From Bacilli bacterium (GTDB lineage Bacteria; Bacillota_I; Bacilli_A; ML615J-28; CAG-698): a stretch of 64,000 nucleotides of DNA. Location of the stretch: NCBI GenBank assembly GCA_050953065.1, contig JBMNLZ010000003.1:128001-192000 (forward strand), in the 5' to 3' direction. The translations under genes and the position numbers were made by a program. Below, in pieces: positions 40,438 through 50,838 of the stretch. Each line of letters starts with the position of its first letter. Position 1 is the stretch's first letter. The notes beneath the pieces are model-generated. The model was given only the letters and a program-made list of their open reading frames with translations. It did no database searches and had not been told where the DNA came from.

Positions 40438-41384
40438 TTTAATAACCTCTTTTTAAAATATGTTAAAACTAAATTGCTGATGATTATCAAAAAAATCAAG
40501 ATTATTCCTACACTAAAACGTATATCATAATCAAGTCCGGTAGTTTCTTTTAATCCTAAAAGCATAGTTGAGGTAAGAGTTCTTGTTGTATCAAATAAAT
40601 TAAAGTTTGGTCCACTCCCAGCATTTCCTGCAACCATTGAAATAGCTGTTGCTTCTCCTAAGGCTCTTCCAACAGCCAAAATTATTCCAGCAAAAATTCC
40701 AGATTTTGCACTAGTAATCACTATTTTAAAGTTTGTTTGAGTCTTACTTGCACCAAGTGCTAAAGAACCATGAATTAAATCAGCCTTAACTGCATTCATA
40801 CTAGTAATACTAATTAAAGTAATTGTGGGAATAACCATAATTGTTAGAACTAATATTGTCGATAGAGTAGAAATTCCTCCAGCACTCTGATAGCCAAAAA
40901 AAGTTGAAATATTTTTAACTATTTTTGTTATAACACCCATTCCAAAAAGCCCATAAATAATTGAAGGAATACTTGCTAGTAATTCTATAATTGAACTCAA
41001 TATTTTTTTTATTGGTTTGGGGGCAATCCTAGAAATTACTAAAGCTGTTAAAACTGAAATTACTGTAGCAAGAAATGTTGCAATCATAACGACGTAAAAT
41101 GTATTAATAATTATAAAACCAACCCCATAGATATTTGGACTAACAAACCAAGTATTACCTGTTAAAAACTTCCAAACATTAACTCTATAGTTTTCTCCAT
41201 TTATGTTGTAATAACTGAAAAAAGGCATTAATCCTTTTCTAAGGATAAACGCCAAGATTATAATTATGAAAGAAGCACCTATTAAGGTTATTCCAAAAAA
41301 ACTATTTCTGGTTATTATATCTGTAAGTGCCTTCTTTTTGAAATCGACTTCACTTTTGTCTTTTTTTATTCTAGCTCGCTCCAC
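40434..41384 (-). CDS. pstC: Phosphate ABC permease PstC
   Basis: [29 protein letters not shown]. Confidence 0.92.
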   Translation of the reverse strand: MERARIKKDKSEVDFKKKALTDIITRNSFFGITLIGASFIIIILAFILRKGLMPFFSYYNINGENYRVNVWKFLTGNTWFVSPNIYGVGFIIINTFYVVMIATFLATVISVLTALVISRIAPKPIKKILSSIIELLASIPSIIYGLFGMGVITKIVKNISTFFGYQSAGGISTLSTILVLTIMVIPTITLISITSMNAVKADLIHGSLALGASKTQTNFKIVITSAKSGIFAGIILAVGRALGEATAISMVAGNAGSGPNFNLFDTTRTLTSTMLLGLKETTGLDYDIRFSVGIILIFLIIISNLVLTYFKKRLLK

Positions 41385-42286
41385 TTTGTGATATCTCCTT
41401 TATATACACTCTTTAAGTTAGCAGCTGTGATATTAGATAATTTATTTTTTGTATTAACAACTGCAACTATTGCGTCTACACAAATTGTACCAGATGTATT
41501 TAAAGCAGCTTTTTCTGTATCAGGCTTAAACTCTCTTGATGCAAAACCGATATGTAGTTTGTTAGCACCATCTTTTTCTGATCCTTGTGTTCCTTTAAAA
41601 GCTTCTCCACTTCCTACATGACCATGTTCAGGAACAAAATTACCACATTTTGCTGCAAACTCAGCTGATAAAGCTTTTGCAATACTTTCTACAGATGTAG
41701 AACCACCAAATTTAATTGTAATTGCACTATTATCTTCTGAACATATTGGATGTTGTGTTTTAATATCATCCCATGAAGGATCAGTAGTTTTTACTTCTAC
41801 AATTCCACTTTTATTTTTGATTGTTGCTTTACCTTCTTTTGTTCCTAAATAAGCAATGAACGCTTTTACAATTTTTTCTTCAGCTTCAGAAGCAAATGTT
41901 TCTCTAATTATATAGTTAAAGTTTCTCTTCATTGTATATGTTCCAGCAATAACATTAGCTTCAGTTGGTTCAACACCTTCATACTTTAGCCCCTTTAATC
42001 CCGATGTTTCAAGTGATGCCATTGAAATATAACCGATTCCATATTCATCATTTTTAACTGCATTAATAATTCCGCCATTACTTTCTAATTCAACAAACCC
42101 TTCAACTAATTCTGTATTTTCCTTAACCGCATCTTTAAAACCAATCGCTGTAAAAAAACCATCTCTTGTACCACTTGATGTATCTCTTGTATAAACAGTG
42201 ATCTTGTGATCTGTTTCCGCCTTTTTACAACCTACAAATAAAACTGCACTAAACATTAAAACTAATACTAATAAAATTTTTTTCAT
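41366..42286 (-). CDS. pstS: Phosphate-binding lipoprotein PstS (domain order permuted)
   Basis: Lipobox LFVGC; RDTSSGTR, IGYIS, GSTSV, GSG, ASRE, DAI motifs; first gene of pst operon. Confidence 0.9.
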   Translation of the reverse strand: MKKILLVLVLMFSAVLFVGCKKAETDHKITVYTRDTSSGTRDGFFTAIGFKDAVKENTELVEGFVELESNGGIINAVKNDEYGIGYISMASLETSGLKGLKYEGVEPTEANVIAGTYTMKRNFNYIIRETFASEAEEKIVKAFIAYLGTKEGKATIKNKSGIVEVKTTDPSWDDIKTQHPICSEDNSAITIKFGGSTSVESIAKALSAEFAAKCGNFVPEHGHVGSGEAFKGTQGSEKDGANKLHIGFASREFKPDTEKAALNTSGTICVDAIVAVVNTKNKLSNITAANLKSVYKGDITKWSELE

Positions 42287-42350
42287 TCTTTTCTCCTTTT
42301 CATTACACCACCATTATATATGCTATTAATAACCCAAAAAATCTTATATC

Positions 42351-42378
42351 TGTAAAGAATTGTAAAGAAATTGTAAAG
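42351..42378 (-). promoter_or_regulatory. Pho boxes upstream of pstS
   Basis: Three CTTTACA repeats (minus strand) at 10-11 bp period, upstream of TATAAT at 42313-42318; matches TT(A/T/C)ACA PhoP boxes. Confidence 0.8.
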
Positions 42379-42405
42379 CTACCCAAAATTAATCTTGGGT
42401 AGCTT
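42376..42405. terminator. Hairpin/terminator after GH114 gene
   Basis: AAGCTACCCAA/TTGGGTAGCTT inverted repeat. Confidence 0.7.
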
Positions 42406-42436
42406 ATTTATTCTTTTAAGCATTAAACTATTTTTC

Positions 42437-43246
42437 CTAATTTAATTCTAAGTTATTAGCATTATACCATGTAAAACCATTTTCTTTACAATAAGAATTA
42501 ATTTCTTTAGAAAGACTATTACTTGCATGATATTCTAATAAATAAACTTCTAAACCATAATCCTTAACACTTTTTAAATATTTTTTAAAATATGTAGTTT
42601 CTTCTATTAGTTGTTTCTCATAAGTTTTACTTTCAAAATCAATCATAGTAAAAACTGTTTCTTGATTTACTCCATCAAATAAATTTAAAGCAATATCTTT
42701 TTCAATGCATCTAGAAACAAAAGTGTCTCCACCATTAATAATTAATTTCAGATCAAATTCTTTTAAACTTTCTAAAATTAAACATAATCCATTAAAGATA
42801 TCATCCGTTTCAAAAAAATAATAAACGTCTAAATTATCTAAAAACAATCCATCAAAGCCCATATTATTATATTCGCTTGCAAGTTCATTGACAATGAAGT
42901 CTTGCCAAGTTTTTGATGAAACATCAATCCATCTTTCATCAGGCCAATCTTCATATACTCCTAACGATAGACTTTTAAACCTATCAAAATAGGTTCTATA
43001 CTCTTCTAAAGCACCAACATTTAAATAGCCATAAATCTTTTTTTCTTCATTATGCAGTTTATCAATACTTTCTTTTGAAAATTCTTGAGGTTCAATTACA
43101 ACCTGTTTATAATCATTTAACTTTTTAATTTCATCATCATTTATCCCTAAAAAAACACCATATTCATTTTGAAGTTTTTTTGCACACCCTGATATAAATA
43201 GCAAGGTGATGTTAAAGATAACGATTAACATTAAACTTTTTTTCAT
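42437..43246 (-). CDS. Lipoprotein, GH114-like endo-alpha-1,4-polygalactosaminidase
   Basis: Lipobox ISGC; YLNVGALEEYR, WPDERWID, GFDGLFLDNLD, GVNQE, VYLLEY. Confidence 0.8.
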   Translation of the reverse strand: MKKSLMLIVIFNITLLFISGCAKKLQNEYGVFLGINDDEIKKLNDYKQVVIEPQEFSKESIDKLHNEEKKIYGYLNVGALEEYRTYFDRFKSLSLGVYEDWPDERWIDVSSKTWQDFIVNELASEYNNMGFDGLFLDNLDVYYFFETDDIFNGLCLILESLKEFDLKLIINGGDTFVSRCIEKDIALNLFDGVNQETVFTMIDFESKTYEKQLIEETTYFKKYLKSVKDYGLEVYLLEYHASNSLSKEINSYCKENGFTWYNANNLELN

Positions 43247-43721
43247 TTTAAATTCTCTTTCTTTAATAAATACCTTTATAAAATTATAACATAGTACGAA
43301 AGCAATTTTTAAAAAGCACTTCGTTGCTTTTTATACCTTATATGTTTAACTTAACTATCACTGTTATAATTATTTTTTACCTATATATTTTATACTATAA
43401 TTGAGGTAAAAAGCAACTTATTTTTGAGGTTTTTGGTAAGTTGTATATTGTAAATCTAATTGCAACACTTTATTCCTACCTTCCTTTTTAGTTTTCCTTT
43501 TTTAGAACAAATTATTGTTTAATCATATCATCATTATAAAATGGTCTTATTTTTCTTAAATACATCTTCCATTTTATTATAATACACCTCATTTAAAGGT
43601 AATAGTTTTAATTTTTTTTCATTTCTATTCCCTTTATTGATAATAACCTAAAATCTTATGAAAATTGTAATTACTTTTAAAAATATCATATATTAAAACT
43701 TTACAAAACAGTTTCTCCAAC

Positions 43722-43745
43722 AAAAAAAGCCATCCCTTGATGACT
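43722..43745 (-). terminator. Terminator after tRNA-Leu
   Basis: AGTCATC/GATGGCT hairpin + T7. Confidence 0.65.
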
Positions 43746-43763
43746 TCTCTTTTGCTTGTTTTA

Positions 43764-43847
43764 TGGTGCGGGTGACAGGAATCGAACCTGCACTCCGAAG
43801 AACTAGATCCTAAGTCTAGCGCGTCTGCCTAATTTCGCCACACCCGC
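43764..43847 (-). tRNA. tRNA-Leu (anticodon TAG), CCA encoded
   Basis: GCGGGTG/CACCCGC acceptor stem, CTAGA-CTTAGGA-TCTAG anticodon arm, long variable arm, GGTTCGATTCC T-arm, ACCA end. Confidence 0.97.
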
Positions 43848-43863
43848 ACAACCATGCTATACT

Positions 43864-43892
43864 ATAATAGCACGATTTTATTTTTTATGCAA
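43864..43892 (-). promoter_or_regulatory. tRNA promoter
   Basis: TTGCAT-17bp-TATTAT with extended TG. Confidence 0.6.
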
Positions 43893-43915
43893 TATTTAAG
43901 TTTAAATTTTTTGTG

Positions 43916-44563
43916 TTATCTTTTATCAAGTTCAACCTTGATATCATCCCAAGTAATTTCAAACTCAGCCATTAAAACCGTTAAATGATAAATTAAATCC
44001 GAAATCTCAAAAACTACTTGTTCTTTGTTTTTATCTTTAGATGCAATTATTACTTCACTTGACTCTTCACCAATTTTTTTTAAAATCTTATCAATTCCCT
44101 TAGCAAACAAATAATTAGTATATGATCCTTCAACAGGGTTTTTCTTACGATCAATAATAATTTCATAAAGTTTAGTTAAAGCATCATCACTTGTTGATGC
44201 TTTTTCTCTGTTTATAACCATCGAAACATTTTCAGTTAATTCTTGGTAAAAGCAAGTTGCTTGTCCTGTATGGCAAGAAATTCCACCCTTTTGTTCGATT
44301 TGAAGAAGTAAAGCATCTCCATCACAATCAACACTGATTCCTTTTAAATATTGAAAATATCCAGAAGTTTCTCCTTTTAACCAAATCTCATTACGACTTC
44401 TACTAAAATAATATACTTCACTAGTTTCTAAAGTTTTCTCTAATGCTTCTTTATTCATATAGGCTACCATTCTAACCTTTTTAGAATGATAATCTTGAGC
44501 AACAGCTAAAACTAAACCCTTATCATCATATTTTACTTTACTTAAAAATTCTTTCTTATTCAT
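43916..44563 (-). CDS. hisIE: Bifunctional phosphoribosyl-AMP cyclohydrolase / phosphoribosyl-ATP pyrophosphatase
   Basis: WLKGETSG, DCDGD, CHTG...CF, GSYT, KKIGEE. Confidence 0.96.
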   Translation of the reverse strand: MNKKEFLSKVKYDDKGLVLAVAQDYHSKKVRMVAYMNKEALEKTLETSEVYYFSRSRNEIWLKGETSGYFQYLKGISVDCDGDALLLQIEQKGGISCHTGQATCFYQELTENVSMVINREKASTSDDALTKLYEIIIDRKKNPVEGSYTNYLFAKGIDKILKKIGEESSEVIIASKDKNKEQVVFEISDLIYHLTVLMAEFEITWDDIKVELDKR

Positions 44564-45315
44564 TATAACCTCACACTTACTCCATTTTGAATTAAATATT
44601 TTTTCAATTCTTCAATCTTAACTGTTTGAAAATGAAAAATTGAAGCAGCTAGGGCCGCATCAGCTCCTGCTTCTTTAAAGACATCTAAAAAGTCTTCTGC
44701 TTTACCAGCCCCGCCTGATGCAATAACAGGTATTTTAACTGCATCAACGATTTTTTTTGTAAGACTCAAATCATAACCTGATTTCTTACCATCTTTATCA
44801 ATACTGGTAAGAAGTATTTCTCCAGCTCCACGCATTTCAACTTCTTTTGCCCAATTAAAAGCATCTATTCCAGTTGCTTTTTTCCCGCCATTAATATAGA
44901 CTTCATAAAACTTTCCATTCCACGAAACATCTATCGCTATTACGATAGAAGGTTTTCCAAACCTTAATGAAACTTCGTTAATAAAATCAGGATTCTTGAC
45001 AGCAATAGAATTAATAGATACTTTATCTGCTCCTGCATTTAAAATATCACTAATATCACCAAATGTCTTAATGCCACCACCCACAATAAAAGGAATCGTA
45101 ACAACTCTTGCTACTTCTTTTATAACATCAATGATTGTTTTTCTTTCTTCAATAGTTGCTGTAATATCTAATAATACTAACTCATCAGCACCAAGTTCAT
45201 TATAGCGTTTTGCTATTTCAACAGGATCACCTGCATCAACTAAAGAGTTAAAATTAACTCCTTTTACAACTCTACCACCCTTTACATCTAAACAAGGTAT
45301 AATTCTTTTATTCAA
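44563..45315 (-). CDS. hisF: Imidazole glycerol phosphate synthase cyclase subunit
   Basis: [30 protein letters not shown]; TTG start. Confidence 0.96.
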   Translation of the reverse strand: MNKRIIPCLDVKGGRVVKGVNFNSLVDAGDPVEIAKRYNELGADELVLLDITATIEERKTIIDVIKEVARVVTIPFIVGGGIKTFGDISDILNAGADKVSINSIAVKNPDFINEVSLRFGKPSIVIAIDVSWNGKFYEVYINGGKKATGIDAFNWAKEVEMRGAGEILLTSIDKDGKKSGYDLSLTKKIVDAVKIPVIASGGAGKAEDFLDVFKEAGADAALAASIFHFQTVKIEELKKYLIQNGVSVRL

Positions 45316-45326
45316 ATCTTTTTACC

Positions 45327-46046
45327 TCAAACTCTCTCAAACATTTCTATTGCTTCTTTTAAAGCAATTTTTTCTAAATATAGTGCTTTCCCTATAATAA
45401 CACCTTCACAATTTATTTTTTCTATTTCTCTTAAATCATCAATGCTTGATGCTCCACCTGAAGCTATAATTTTTAGAGAAGTTTTATCTACAATTTCCTT
45501 AGTAGATAAAACATTATACCCAGAAAGCATTCCATCTCTTGCAATATCAGTGTAAACTACATACTTTACACCAAGTTTTTCTAACTCTAAACAAAAATCA
45601 ATTGCTTTAAGATTAGTTTTATCTAACCAACCGTGGATTGCAACAAATCCATCTTTAGCATCAACTCCAACAACTATTTTTTCATCTCCCCATTTATTAA
45701 TAGCTTCTTTAACTATATTAATGTTCTTAACCGCAATACTTCCTAAAATTACTCTTGTAATACCTAAATTAAGCAATCTTTCAATATCTTCCAACGTTCT
45801 AATTCCACCACCTAGTTGAATTGGAATTTTAATTGCTTTAATAATCCCTTTAATTGCTTCTTCATTAATTGACATACCAGCTTTAGCCCCATCTAAATCT
45901 ACCAAATGCAAAAAAGAAGCCCCTTCTTTTTCCCATTTTAAAGCCATTTCAACCGGGTCTCCAAAAACTGTTACTTTATCATAGTCACCTTGGACTAATC
46001 TAACACATTTTCCATCTTTTAAATCAATTGCTGGATATATTCTCAT
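45327..46046 (-). CDS. hisA: ProFAR isomerase
   Basis: [31 protein letters not shown]. Confidence 0.96.
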   Translation of the reverse strand: MRIYPAIDLKDGKCVRLVQGDYDKVTVFGDPVEMALKWEKEGASFLHLVDLDGAKAGMSINEEAIKGIIKAIKIPIQLGGGIRTLEDIERLLNLGITRVILGSIAVKNINIVKEAINKWGDEKIVVGVDAKDGFVAIHGWLDKTNLKAIDFCLELEKLGVKYVVYTDIARDGMLSGYNVLSTKEIVDKTSLKIIASGGASSIDDLREIEKINCEGVIIGKALYLEKIALKEAIEMFERV

Positions 46047-46067
46047 AATTTTACCTAATTTATCTTT

Positions 46068-46652
46068 TTATAATATTGCTTTTGTTGAAGGAATCTTATC
46101 CATTCTTTTATCTAAACTAACTGCTTCTTTTAGGCTTCTAGCAAAAGCTTTAAACATACATTCAATAATGTGGTGATAATTTTCCCCTCTAATAATTTGA
46201 AAGTGCAAATTAATCCCCGCATTCATTGCTAGGGCTCTAAAAAATTCTTCCACAGTATCTGTTTCAAAATCACCGATTTTTTCTTTCTTAAACTTTTTAT
46301 CAATTTCAAGATAACCTCTAGTAGATAAATCAATCGCACATAAAACTAAAGCCTCATCCATTGGAATAATACATGATGCAAAACGATTAATCCCTTTTTT
46401 ATCTTTTAAGGCTTCTTTAATTGCTTGACCTAAAACAATCCCTACATCTTCTACTAAGTGATGTGTATCCACATGCAAATCTCCAATTGCTTCAATTTTT
46501 AAATCACAAAGTGAGTGGAAAGAAAAACTCATCAAGACATGGTCAAAAAATCCGATGTTAGTAGTAACAGTCCCACTACCAGTCCCATCAAGATTTAATT
46601 CTAATTTAATCATTGTTTCTTTACTATTTCTTTCAATTTTAGCAGTTCGCAT
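46068..46652 (-). CDS. hisB: Imidazoleglycerol-phosphate dehydratase
   Basis: GFFDH, D.HH.VED, PMDEAL, N.HH..E. Confidence 0.96.
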   Translation of the reverse strand: MRTAKIERNSKETMIKLELNLDGTGSGTVTTNIGFFDHVLMSFSFHSLCDLKIEAIGDLHVDTHHLVEDVGIVLGQAIKEALKDKKGINRFASCIIPMDEALVLCAIDLSTRGYLEIDKKFKKEKIGDFETDTVEEFFRALAMNAGINLHFQIIRGENYHHIIECMFKAFARSLKEAVSLDKRMDKIPSTKAIL

Positions 46653-47679
46653 ATTTTGACACCACCTTTACAAATTTTTTCATCTCTAAACTAGAACCAA
46701 TTGTAATCCTAGAATACATTTGGTCTTTAAAAGCTATACTTCTAATATAAACTTTATTCTCTTCTAAAGCTTTCTTTATTCTATCATCTAGTTTACACCA
46801 AAGGAAATTAGCTTTTGATGGATAAACCTCAATTCCTAAACCTTTTAATATATTATAAGTTTCTTCTAATTCTTTTTTTATTTCTATTATATTATCTAAA
46901 ATTAAAGCCTTATTTTTAATAGCTAAAATTGCCATTTCATTAGATAAGACATTTAAATTATAAGGCATTTTAACAACATTAAGCAGTTCAATATTTTCTT
47001 TAGTACTTATTGCATAACCTGTTCTAATTGAAGCTAGTCTAAAAGCCTTTGAAAAAGTTCTTAAAACTATTAAATTATTGTATTTTTTAATTAAATCTAA
47101 AGCAGTTTTATCATCAAATTCAGCATATGCTTCATCTACTACAACTAACCCATTAGCCTCTTTTAAAACTTTTTCAATCTCACTATTAGAAAGGCTTGTT
47201 CCTGTTGGATTGTTTGGAACACATAAAAAAATTAATTTTGGATCATGTTTTTTAATTTCTTCAACAAATAAACCTATATCATAATTAAAGGCATTATCCA
47301 ACTCTACTTCTATAACACTTGCTCCTGCATAAAACCCGAGTTGCTTATACATCGTAAATGATGGATAAGGCACAACAACTTTATCGCCTTTTGATATAAC
47401 TGCTTTAAAAATTAAATTAAGCATTTCATCGCTTCCAACACCAACACAAACATTATCAATTTCTATTCCATAGCTTTTAGCAATCGCTTCTTTTAATTTT
47501 AGATTGTCAGTATCAGGATAACGGTTAAAATTTACATCATCTAAAACGCTCTTAAACTTTTCTAAAATCCCTTTAGGAATATTTAAAGGTGATTCATTAG
47601 CATTAAGAATTATACCTTCTGATATATGTTTTGAATGATATGGTTTTAAATTTCTAAATTCTTCTTTTAAATATTTCAC
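46639..47679 (-). CDS. hisC: Histidinol-phosphate aminotransferase
   Basis: LNANESP, NRYPD, PNNPTG, DEAYAEF, RTFSKA. Confidence 0.95.
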   Translation of the reverse strand: MKYLKEEFRNLKPYHSKHISEGIILNANESPLNIPKGILEKFKSVLDDVNFNRYPDTDNLKLKEAIAKSYGIEIDNVCVGVGSDEMLNLIFKAVISKGDKVVVPYPSFTMYKQLGFYAGASVIEVELDNAFNYDIGLFVEEIKKHDPKLIFLCVPNNPTGTSLSNSEIEKVLKEANGLVVVDEAYAEFDDKTALDLIKKYNNLIVLRTFSKAFRLASIRTGYAISTKENIELLNVVKMPYNLNVLSNEMAILAIKNKALILDNIIEIKKELEETYNILKGLGIEVYPSKANFLWCKLDDRIKKALEENKVYIRSIAFKDQMYSRITIGSSLEMKKFVKVVSKYANC

Positions 47680-47701
47680 CTTTTTTCTCCTTAAAAAAAG
47701 T

Positions 47702-48988
47702 TTATTTTTTTCTAACTTCTAAAGACTTTGCATGCATATCAAAGCCTTCAAGTTTCGCAAACTTAATTGCTTTATCACTAATTTTATTTAGTGATTCTTT
47801 AGTAAAATATAAAATACTACTCTTCTTAACAAAGTCTTCAACATTTAAAACTGAAGAAAATTTAGCAGTTTTTGCAGTCGGCAAAACATGATTTGGACCA
47901 GCTAAATAATCTCCAATTGCCTCAGGCGTATAATGCCCTAAAAAAATCGCACCTGCATTTTTAATATCATCTAAATATTTTTCAGGATTTTCTACTGCTA
48001 ACTCTAAGTGTTCAGGAGCAATTTCATTTGCTAAATCTATTGCTTCTTTAATGTTTTCAACTATAATAATTTTTGAATATTTCCTCAAAGATTTCTCTAG
48101 AATGTCCTTTCTTGAAGCATCATTATAGCTCTCTTTGACCTCTTTAAACACATCTAGAGCCAAATTTGGGCTGCTAGTAAGCAAAATACTAGATGCTAGC
48201 TCATCATGCTCTGCTTGCCCTAATAAATCACTTGCAACGTATTTTGGATTAGCAGTTTCATCAGCAATTATCAAAATTTCACTAGGTCCAGCAAAACTAT
48301 CTATCCCAACATCACCATATACAATTCTTTTAGCAAGTGCAACATAGATATTTCCAGGACCTACAATTTTATCAACTTTTGGAATTAAAGCAGTCCCATA
48401 AGCTAAAGCTGCAATTGCTTGAGCTCCACCAATTTTAAAGACTTTTGTAGCTCCAGCAACATATGCAGCAGCTAAAACTACACTTGATACTACTCCATCT
48501 TTACTTGGAGTTACCATAATAATTTCTTCAACTCCAGCTACTTTAGCAGGGATAATATTCATCAAAACACTTGATGGATAACTTGCCTGTCCACCTGGTA
48601 CATAGACTCCGACTCTTTTTAATGGTGTTACTTTTTGCCCCATTTTTTCACCATTCCTAAACTCTTTCAACCAAGTTTTCTGTTTTTGGTGTTGATGAAA
48701 ATCAGCAATTCTATTCTTTGCTAGAGTTAAAATTTCTTGCGTTTCTTTGTCTAAAGATTCAAATGCTAATCTTAAATCTTTTAGGTTTACCTCTAAAGAA
48801 TTTAGAGTAGCATTTTTAAATTCAAACTTTTTAGTATATTCTAACAAGGCTTCATCTTTTCTTTTTTTAATATCTTCTATAATATTTTGAACTATTTCAA
48901 AATACTTATTCTTGTCAGTTTGAGAACGAAGATCTAGAACCTTTAAGAATTCCTCAAGTTTATTTTTTTCTTTTATTATTTCAATCAT
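47702..48988 (-). CDS. hisD: Histidinol dehydrogenase
   Basis: YVPGG, GPGNIYV, AGPSE, QAEHD, APEHLE, GPNHVLPT. Confidence 0.97.
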   Translation of the reverse strand: MIEIIKEKNKLEEFLKVLDLRSQTDKNKYFEIVQNIIEDIKKRKDEALLEYTKKFEFKNATLNSLEVNLKDLRLAFESLDKETQEILTLAKNRIADFHQHQKQKTWLKEFRNGEKMGQKVTPLKRVGVYVPGGQASYPSSVLMNIIPAKVAGVEEIIMVTPSKDGVVSSVVLAAAYVAGATKVFKIGGAQAIAALAYGTALIPKVDKIVGPGNIYVALAKRIVYGDVGIDSFAGPSEILIIADETANPKYVASDLLGQAEHDELASSILLTSSPNLALDVFKEVKESYNDASRKDILEKSLRKYSKIIIVENIKEAIDLANEIAPEHLELAVENPEKYLDDIKNAGAIFLGHYTPEAIGDYLAGPNHVLPTAKTAKFSSVLNVEDFVKKSSILYFTKESLNKISDKAIKFAKLEGFDMHAKSLEVRKK

Positions 48989-49620
48989 TATTTAATCATT
49001 CCTTTTAAGCCTTCAATAATATAATTAATGTCATCGTATTTAACTTTTAAACTAGCACTATTAGCAATTAATCTTGCAGAAATATTAGCTATTTCTTCTA
49101 TTACTTCTAAGCCATTTTCTTTTAATGTTTTTCCACTTTCAACAATATCAACAATAACATCACTAAGTCCTACTAAAGGGCCAAGTTCAACACTTCCATT
49201 TAATTTTATTATTTCAGCATATCTATTAGTTTTCAAGAAATACTCTTTCGCAATATTTGGATATTTAGTAGCAACACGAATATTTTTCTTGCTTGCAAGA
49301 AGTTTTCTAGCATCACTAAAGCCAGCTACAGCTAGCCTACAAGCACCAAATTTTAAATCTAAAACTTCAGTTACACTACGTTTTTCTTCCATAATTGTAT
49401 CTTTTCCAACAACACCAATATCAGCAATTCCATATTCAATATAAATTGGAACATCAGTTGGCTTTGCTAGAAAGATTTTATATTTTTTATCAGCACTATA
49501 AAAAACTAATTTTCTAGTTTTCTCTTCAATTTCTAAAGAAAGAATTCCTAAAGCTTCTAACATATTAATAATTTCTTGAGCAAGTCTTCCCTTAGAAAGT
49601 GCAAAAGTAATTGTATTCAT
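48988..49620 (-). CDS. hisG: ATP phosphoribosyltransferase, short form
   Basis: KGRL, ADIGVVGKD, ATKYP, GSVELGP, DIVESG.TL. Confidence 0.96.
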   Translation of the reverse strand: MNTITFALSKGRLAQEIINMLEALGILSLEIEEKTRKLVFYSADKKYKIFLAKPTDVPIYIEYGIADIGVVGKDTIMEEKRSVTEVLDLKFGACRLAVAGFSDARKLLASKKNIRVATKYPNIAKEYFLKTNRYAEIIKLNGSVELGPLVGLSDVIVDIVESGKTLKENGLEVIEEIANISARLIANSASLKVKYDDINYIIEGLKGMIK

Positions 49621-49632
49621 ATCTATCCTCTT

Positions 49633-50829
49633 TTATAAATTTATAATTTTTTCTTTATTATTTTCATAACTAATAACTTTTTTAGCTTTGATTTTTTTAG
49701 CATAAGCAATAGTTTCTTCTAAACTATCCTCTAAACTATCAATAACAATTTTATCTTTTCTTAAGATTTTATTTTGTCGATATGCAAAATCATAACTAAC
49801 TTTGTCATAAAAACTAACGATTATCTCTTCTTCTATTTTAATTAAATCATTTTGAATAATATATTCTAATAATAAATCAATATTAAGTCCAAAGCCAATT
49901 GCTTTTAAATCAGCACCAAAATGACTTAATAAATTATCATATCTTCCACCTTCAATTATAGCGTCAGCAATTCCTTTAACAAAAATTTGAAATATAATTT
50001 TATTATAATACTTAGCATATGAGTAAATACTAAAATCAAATAAAACATATTTTGCCATATCAATTTCTTCAAGTGCTAAATAGAATTCTTCTAACTCGCA
50101 AAGAACTTTATTAGTTTTTGGAAAAGCGATTTTTTCTTTTAATCTTCTAATAAAATTAATTCTTCCAGCGGATTGCATTAATTCTATAATTAATTCTTTT
50201 TCACTGTTTTTTATATCTAGTGAATCTAAATATTCTTTTAAAGTAACAAAATCCTTTGCTTCAATTATCTTATAAATTTCCCTCTTAGACATTTCTTCTA
50301 TTCTTAACTCAGTAAGTAAAGTTTCGATAAAATCAACACTTCCAATATGAATTGAAAAGGAATTAACGAAATTTTCTTTTAAAGATGCTAGAGCAATTTT
50401 TAAAACTTCTAAATCGGCTTTAATTCCAGCTTTACCAATCAATTCAATTCCTGCTTGAGTAAATTCGTGTGAAGCACCTTGATATACTTTAGGATATCTA
50501 AAAGTATTAGCTACATAAAAATATCTTTTAGGCATAACTCCTTCACTATCCTTACTTGAAACAAATCTAGCAATTGATGCTGTCATATCACTTCTTAATG
50601 CTAGAATTTCGTTATCTCTATTAATAAGATTATATAAAGATGGTTTTTGAGAAGTATTTTTACCAACACTAAAAACATCAATATATTCAAAAGTTGGTGT
50701 TTGAACCATTTTATAGCCAAAAGATGAAAAACTAGATTTAATATTAGCAATTAGTTTTTCTTTTATTTTAAGTTCATTACCAAAGAAATCTCTAACACCT
50801 TCTGAGGTATGTAACATATAGTTTTTCAT
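49633..50829 (-). CDS. hisZ: ATP phosphoribosyltransferase regulatory subunit
   Basis: HisRS-like GVRD, TPTFEY, LRSDMT..IAR, EFTQAGIELIG, GGRYD; precedes short hisG. Confidence 0.92.
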   Translation of the reverse strand: MKNYMLHTSEGVRDFFGNELKIKEKLIANIKSSFSSFGYKMVQTPTFEYIDVFSVGKNTSQKPSLYNLINRDNEILALRSDMTASIARFVSSKDSEGVMPKRYFYVANTFRYPKVYQGASHEFTQAGIELIGKAGIKADLEVLKIALASLKENFVNSFSIHIGSVDFIETLLTELRIEEMSKREIYKIIEAKDFVTLKEYLDSLDIKNSEKELIIELMQSAGRINFIRRLKEKIAFPKTNKVLCELEEFYLALEEIDMAKYVLFDFSIYSYAKYYNKIIFQIFVKGIADAIIEGGRYDNLLSHFGADLKAIGFGLNIDLLLEYIIQNDLIKIEEEIIVSFYDKVSYDFAYRQNKILRKDKIVIDSLEDSLEETIAYAKKIKAKKVISYENNKEKIINL

Positions 50830-50838
50830 AAAAACCTC

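Noticed and set aside
43764-43790. att-site duplication of the tRNA-Leu 3' end marking an integrated island
   Set aside because: No second copy noticed in the window and no integrase gene.
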